A DNA stretch of 64,000 bases, from positions 1,344,001 through 1,408,000 of the forward strand of contig CBDCXV010000011.1 in assembly GCA_965223905.1 (NCBI GenBank), in the 5' to 3' direction. Made by a program: the position numbers and the translations under genes. Numbering within the stretch: the first letter of the stretch is position 1; each line of letters opens with the position of its first letter. Shown one piece after another: positions 62,259 through 64,000 of this stretch. Below the pieces are notes generated by a model. The model worked only from the letters and a program-made list of their open reading frames with translations, searched no databases and had not been told where the DNA came from. This DNA is from Candidatus Latescibacterota bacterium. GTDB lineage: Bacteria > Latescibacterota > UBA2968 > UBA8231.

Positions 62259-62650
62259 TGGTCAATGAAGGGGCCTTGGCAGAACAGTTCGTCGGGCAAC
62301 ACCTGCTCTACCTGGAAGAGGGTCGGGAAACGCCCCGGCTGAACTACTGGCTGCGGGAAGGGAAAAGTGCCAACGCCGAAGTTGACTACGCGATTGCCCG
62401 GGGGGCTTGGATCGTGCCGGTCGAAGTCAAAGCCGGCACCAGCGGCACCCTGCGCTCGCTGCATCAGTTCGCCTTGGCCAAAGGGACGCGCCTCGCGGTG
62501 CGCTTCGACCTCAATCCGCCCACCGTCCAGTCCATCCGGCACCAAGTGAGCGGAACGCGGCAGCGCGTGGAAATGACCTTGCTCTCGCTGCCGCTTTACC
62601 TGGTGGGGCAACTGGGCCGCCTGCTGGACCGGCTCAGGCAGGAGCAATAA
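62259..62650 (+). pseudogene. Duplicate of the DUF4143 3' end of the AAA gene
   Basis: Near-identical to 60906-61297. Confidence 0.9.
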
Positions 62651-63051
62651 GGTCGCCCTGTTCCACGAATTCATCGGCGGCGTAGGCGCGTGGTCGCACT
62701 TCATCTATCAGTCGCCGATGGTGCGGTGTGATGCGCCCATGCCCAGCACCACGCCACCCATCGCGGTTGTTCCTCTTCTGCTAGAAATAGCCCTCAGCCA
62801 TCTGTCCAAATTCTCGCGATCATTTCCGGATATCCACGATGGGCGGTGGGGGCGTTCCGAACGAACTCGGCACCAGCCTCTTTGCGGAAGCGCTGCTTGA
62901 AAATGAGACAGATCGTCCATGGTGATCGAACCTCTGCCGCCGGTTGCTTCGTAGAAATTGGAATACGTATTGCCACGCCAGACGGTATTGGTCTCACCGA
63001 CATGGCTGATCCAGGATACGTCGTCGCTCCCGGAGCTTTCGACGCCGCCTC

Positions 63052-63256
63052 GGCTATGTGCTTCAAGCTGACCGGCGAGCGGGGCTACCTGGAGGTGGGC
63101 AGGGTACTGCTGGTCCGCCTTGCCGAATCGCAGGACTGGAGCGACGATCCGAGGAAACGCGGCGCCGTGGGCATGAGCCCGATGTACCTGAGCCTGCTGT
63201 TTTTCGGCGTGCCCTGTCTGCTGGGGGTACTGCAGGAGGCGGGGCTAGAGGAGTGA
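63052..63256 (+). pseudogene. Duplicate of the 3' end of the 57845..59606 gene
   Basis: LTGERGYLEVGR...EAGLEE stop matches 59402-59606. Confidence 0.88.
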
Positions 63257-63272
63257 GGGCGGTGCCGCCCGG

Positions 63273-64000
63273 CTACCACCTCTCTATTCCCCCCAGGAGC
63301 AGCTTCCGCTCGTCGCTGCCGCTCTCCCGCAGGGCGGTGACCCGGGGGCCGTCGAACGGCTCGCGCGATTTCATCCAGGCGTCCGGTAGCACATCAGGCA
63401 GACCCGGCGCCGGGTGCCCGAGGTATTGGCCGCGCCCCGGTGGTAGAGCCAGCCATCGAAGAGAACGGCCTGTCCGGGGCGCGCCAGAACCCGCAGCTCG
63501 TCCGGGAAGCGGGGGTGGCCTTCGGGCGGCCGGAAAGGGACGCGCTGGCTGCCGGGGAGGATGACGATGGGGCCGTTCTCCGCGGTGATTTCGTCGAGGT
63601 AGTAGCCGCAGTTGATCTGGCCGGGCAGGCTGCCGTACGGCGTGCCCGCAGGGTCCATGGGCCAGGGGCCGTCCCGGTGCCAGTCCTGGTCGAGCTCGCC
63701 GCCGATGGTAACGCGCGCCGTGGCGCTGTGGAGCTGGACGCAGGTGCCGAGGATCGCCTTGATGCGCCTGAGCACGGGCGGGTTGTCGAGCAGAAAGGCG
63801 AACCCCTCGTCCTCTTCGAGAAGCTGGTGGATGAACTGCTCGCCGCTGCGGGCGAAGGCGGTGTCGAGGGCGGTCCGCAGGATATCGACCTGCTCGGCGG
63901 TAACGGCCTCTTCCACGACCAGGTAGCCCCACTTGAGAAAGAAGGCGACCTCCCGTTCGAGGGCGGGGTCGGGATCGGGGTTGAGGCGCCGGGGAACGGG
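63273..64000 (-). CDS. PhyH-family dioxygenase (5' end outside the window; 1-nt frameshift near 63380)
   Basis: WHRD, ENGP...LPGS and FDGWLYHRG; C-terminus AWMKSREP... continues in another frame. Confidence 0.8.
   Translation of the reverse strand, partial: RSPAPQPRSRPRPRTGGRLLSQVGLPGRGRGRYRRAGRYPADRPRHRLRPQRRAVHPPASRRGRGVRLSARQPARAQAHQGDPRHLRPAPQRHGARYHRRRARPGLAPGRPLAHGPCGHAVRQPARPDQLRLLPRRNHRGERPHRHPPRQPARPFPAARRPPPLPGRAAGSGAPRTGRSLRWLALPPGRGQYLGHPAPGLPDVLPDAWMKSREPFDGPRVTALRESGSDERKLLLGGIERW

Noticed and set aside
62700-63050. Minus-strand coding-like stretch with stops and frameshifts
   Set aside because: Probably a decayed gene fragment, but no family recognisable.
63371-63390. Frameshift in the last PhyH gene as programmed recoding
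   Set aside because: No slippery sequence; a simple 1-nt loss from mutation or sequencing error is more likely.

Overview
GC-rich bacterial DNA. Its gene content (many secreted proteins with an EF-hand-like plus FlgD-Ig C-terminal tail, WD40/LRR/FN3 eukaryote-like repeats, three PhyH-family dioxygenases) suggests an FCB-group host-associated bacterium such as a sponge symbiont; this is inference only. 0.4-20.4 kb: cluster of secreted and outer-membrane proteins. 20.6-31 kb: ppk2 running into a group II intron remnant, a DUF2279-like gene, an Omp85 barrel coupled to a secreted atypical-kinase-like protein, and typA between decayed sulfatase copies. 30.8-39.5 kb: defence-like island with a GIY-YIG-like gene, a coupled five-gene operon (unknown protein, THREE BrxD/DUF2791-like ATPases, Lhr-like helicase; no PglX, PglZ or TerB) and higBA. 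39.5-64 kb: catabolic genes, a SLATT-like 2TM gene with a Pro-rich peptide, two orphan ABC substrate-binding proteins, flotillin/NfeD, an AAA-DUF4143 gene and a decayed vapBC. Across the window, at least six gene blocks are bracketed by 150-830 bp imperfect direct repeats of a neighbouring gene, one pair nested in another. Top candidates for novelty: the triple-ATPase/helicase operon, the Omp85/kinase-like pair, the repeat-bracketed insertion pattern and codon-position-biased LRR diversification. All family calls come from reading motifs by eye; no searches were run.
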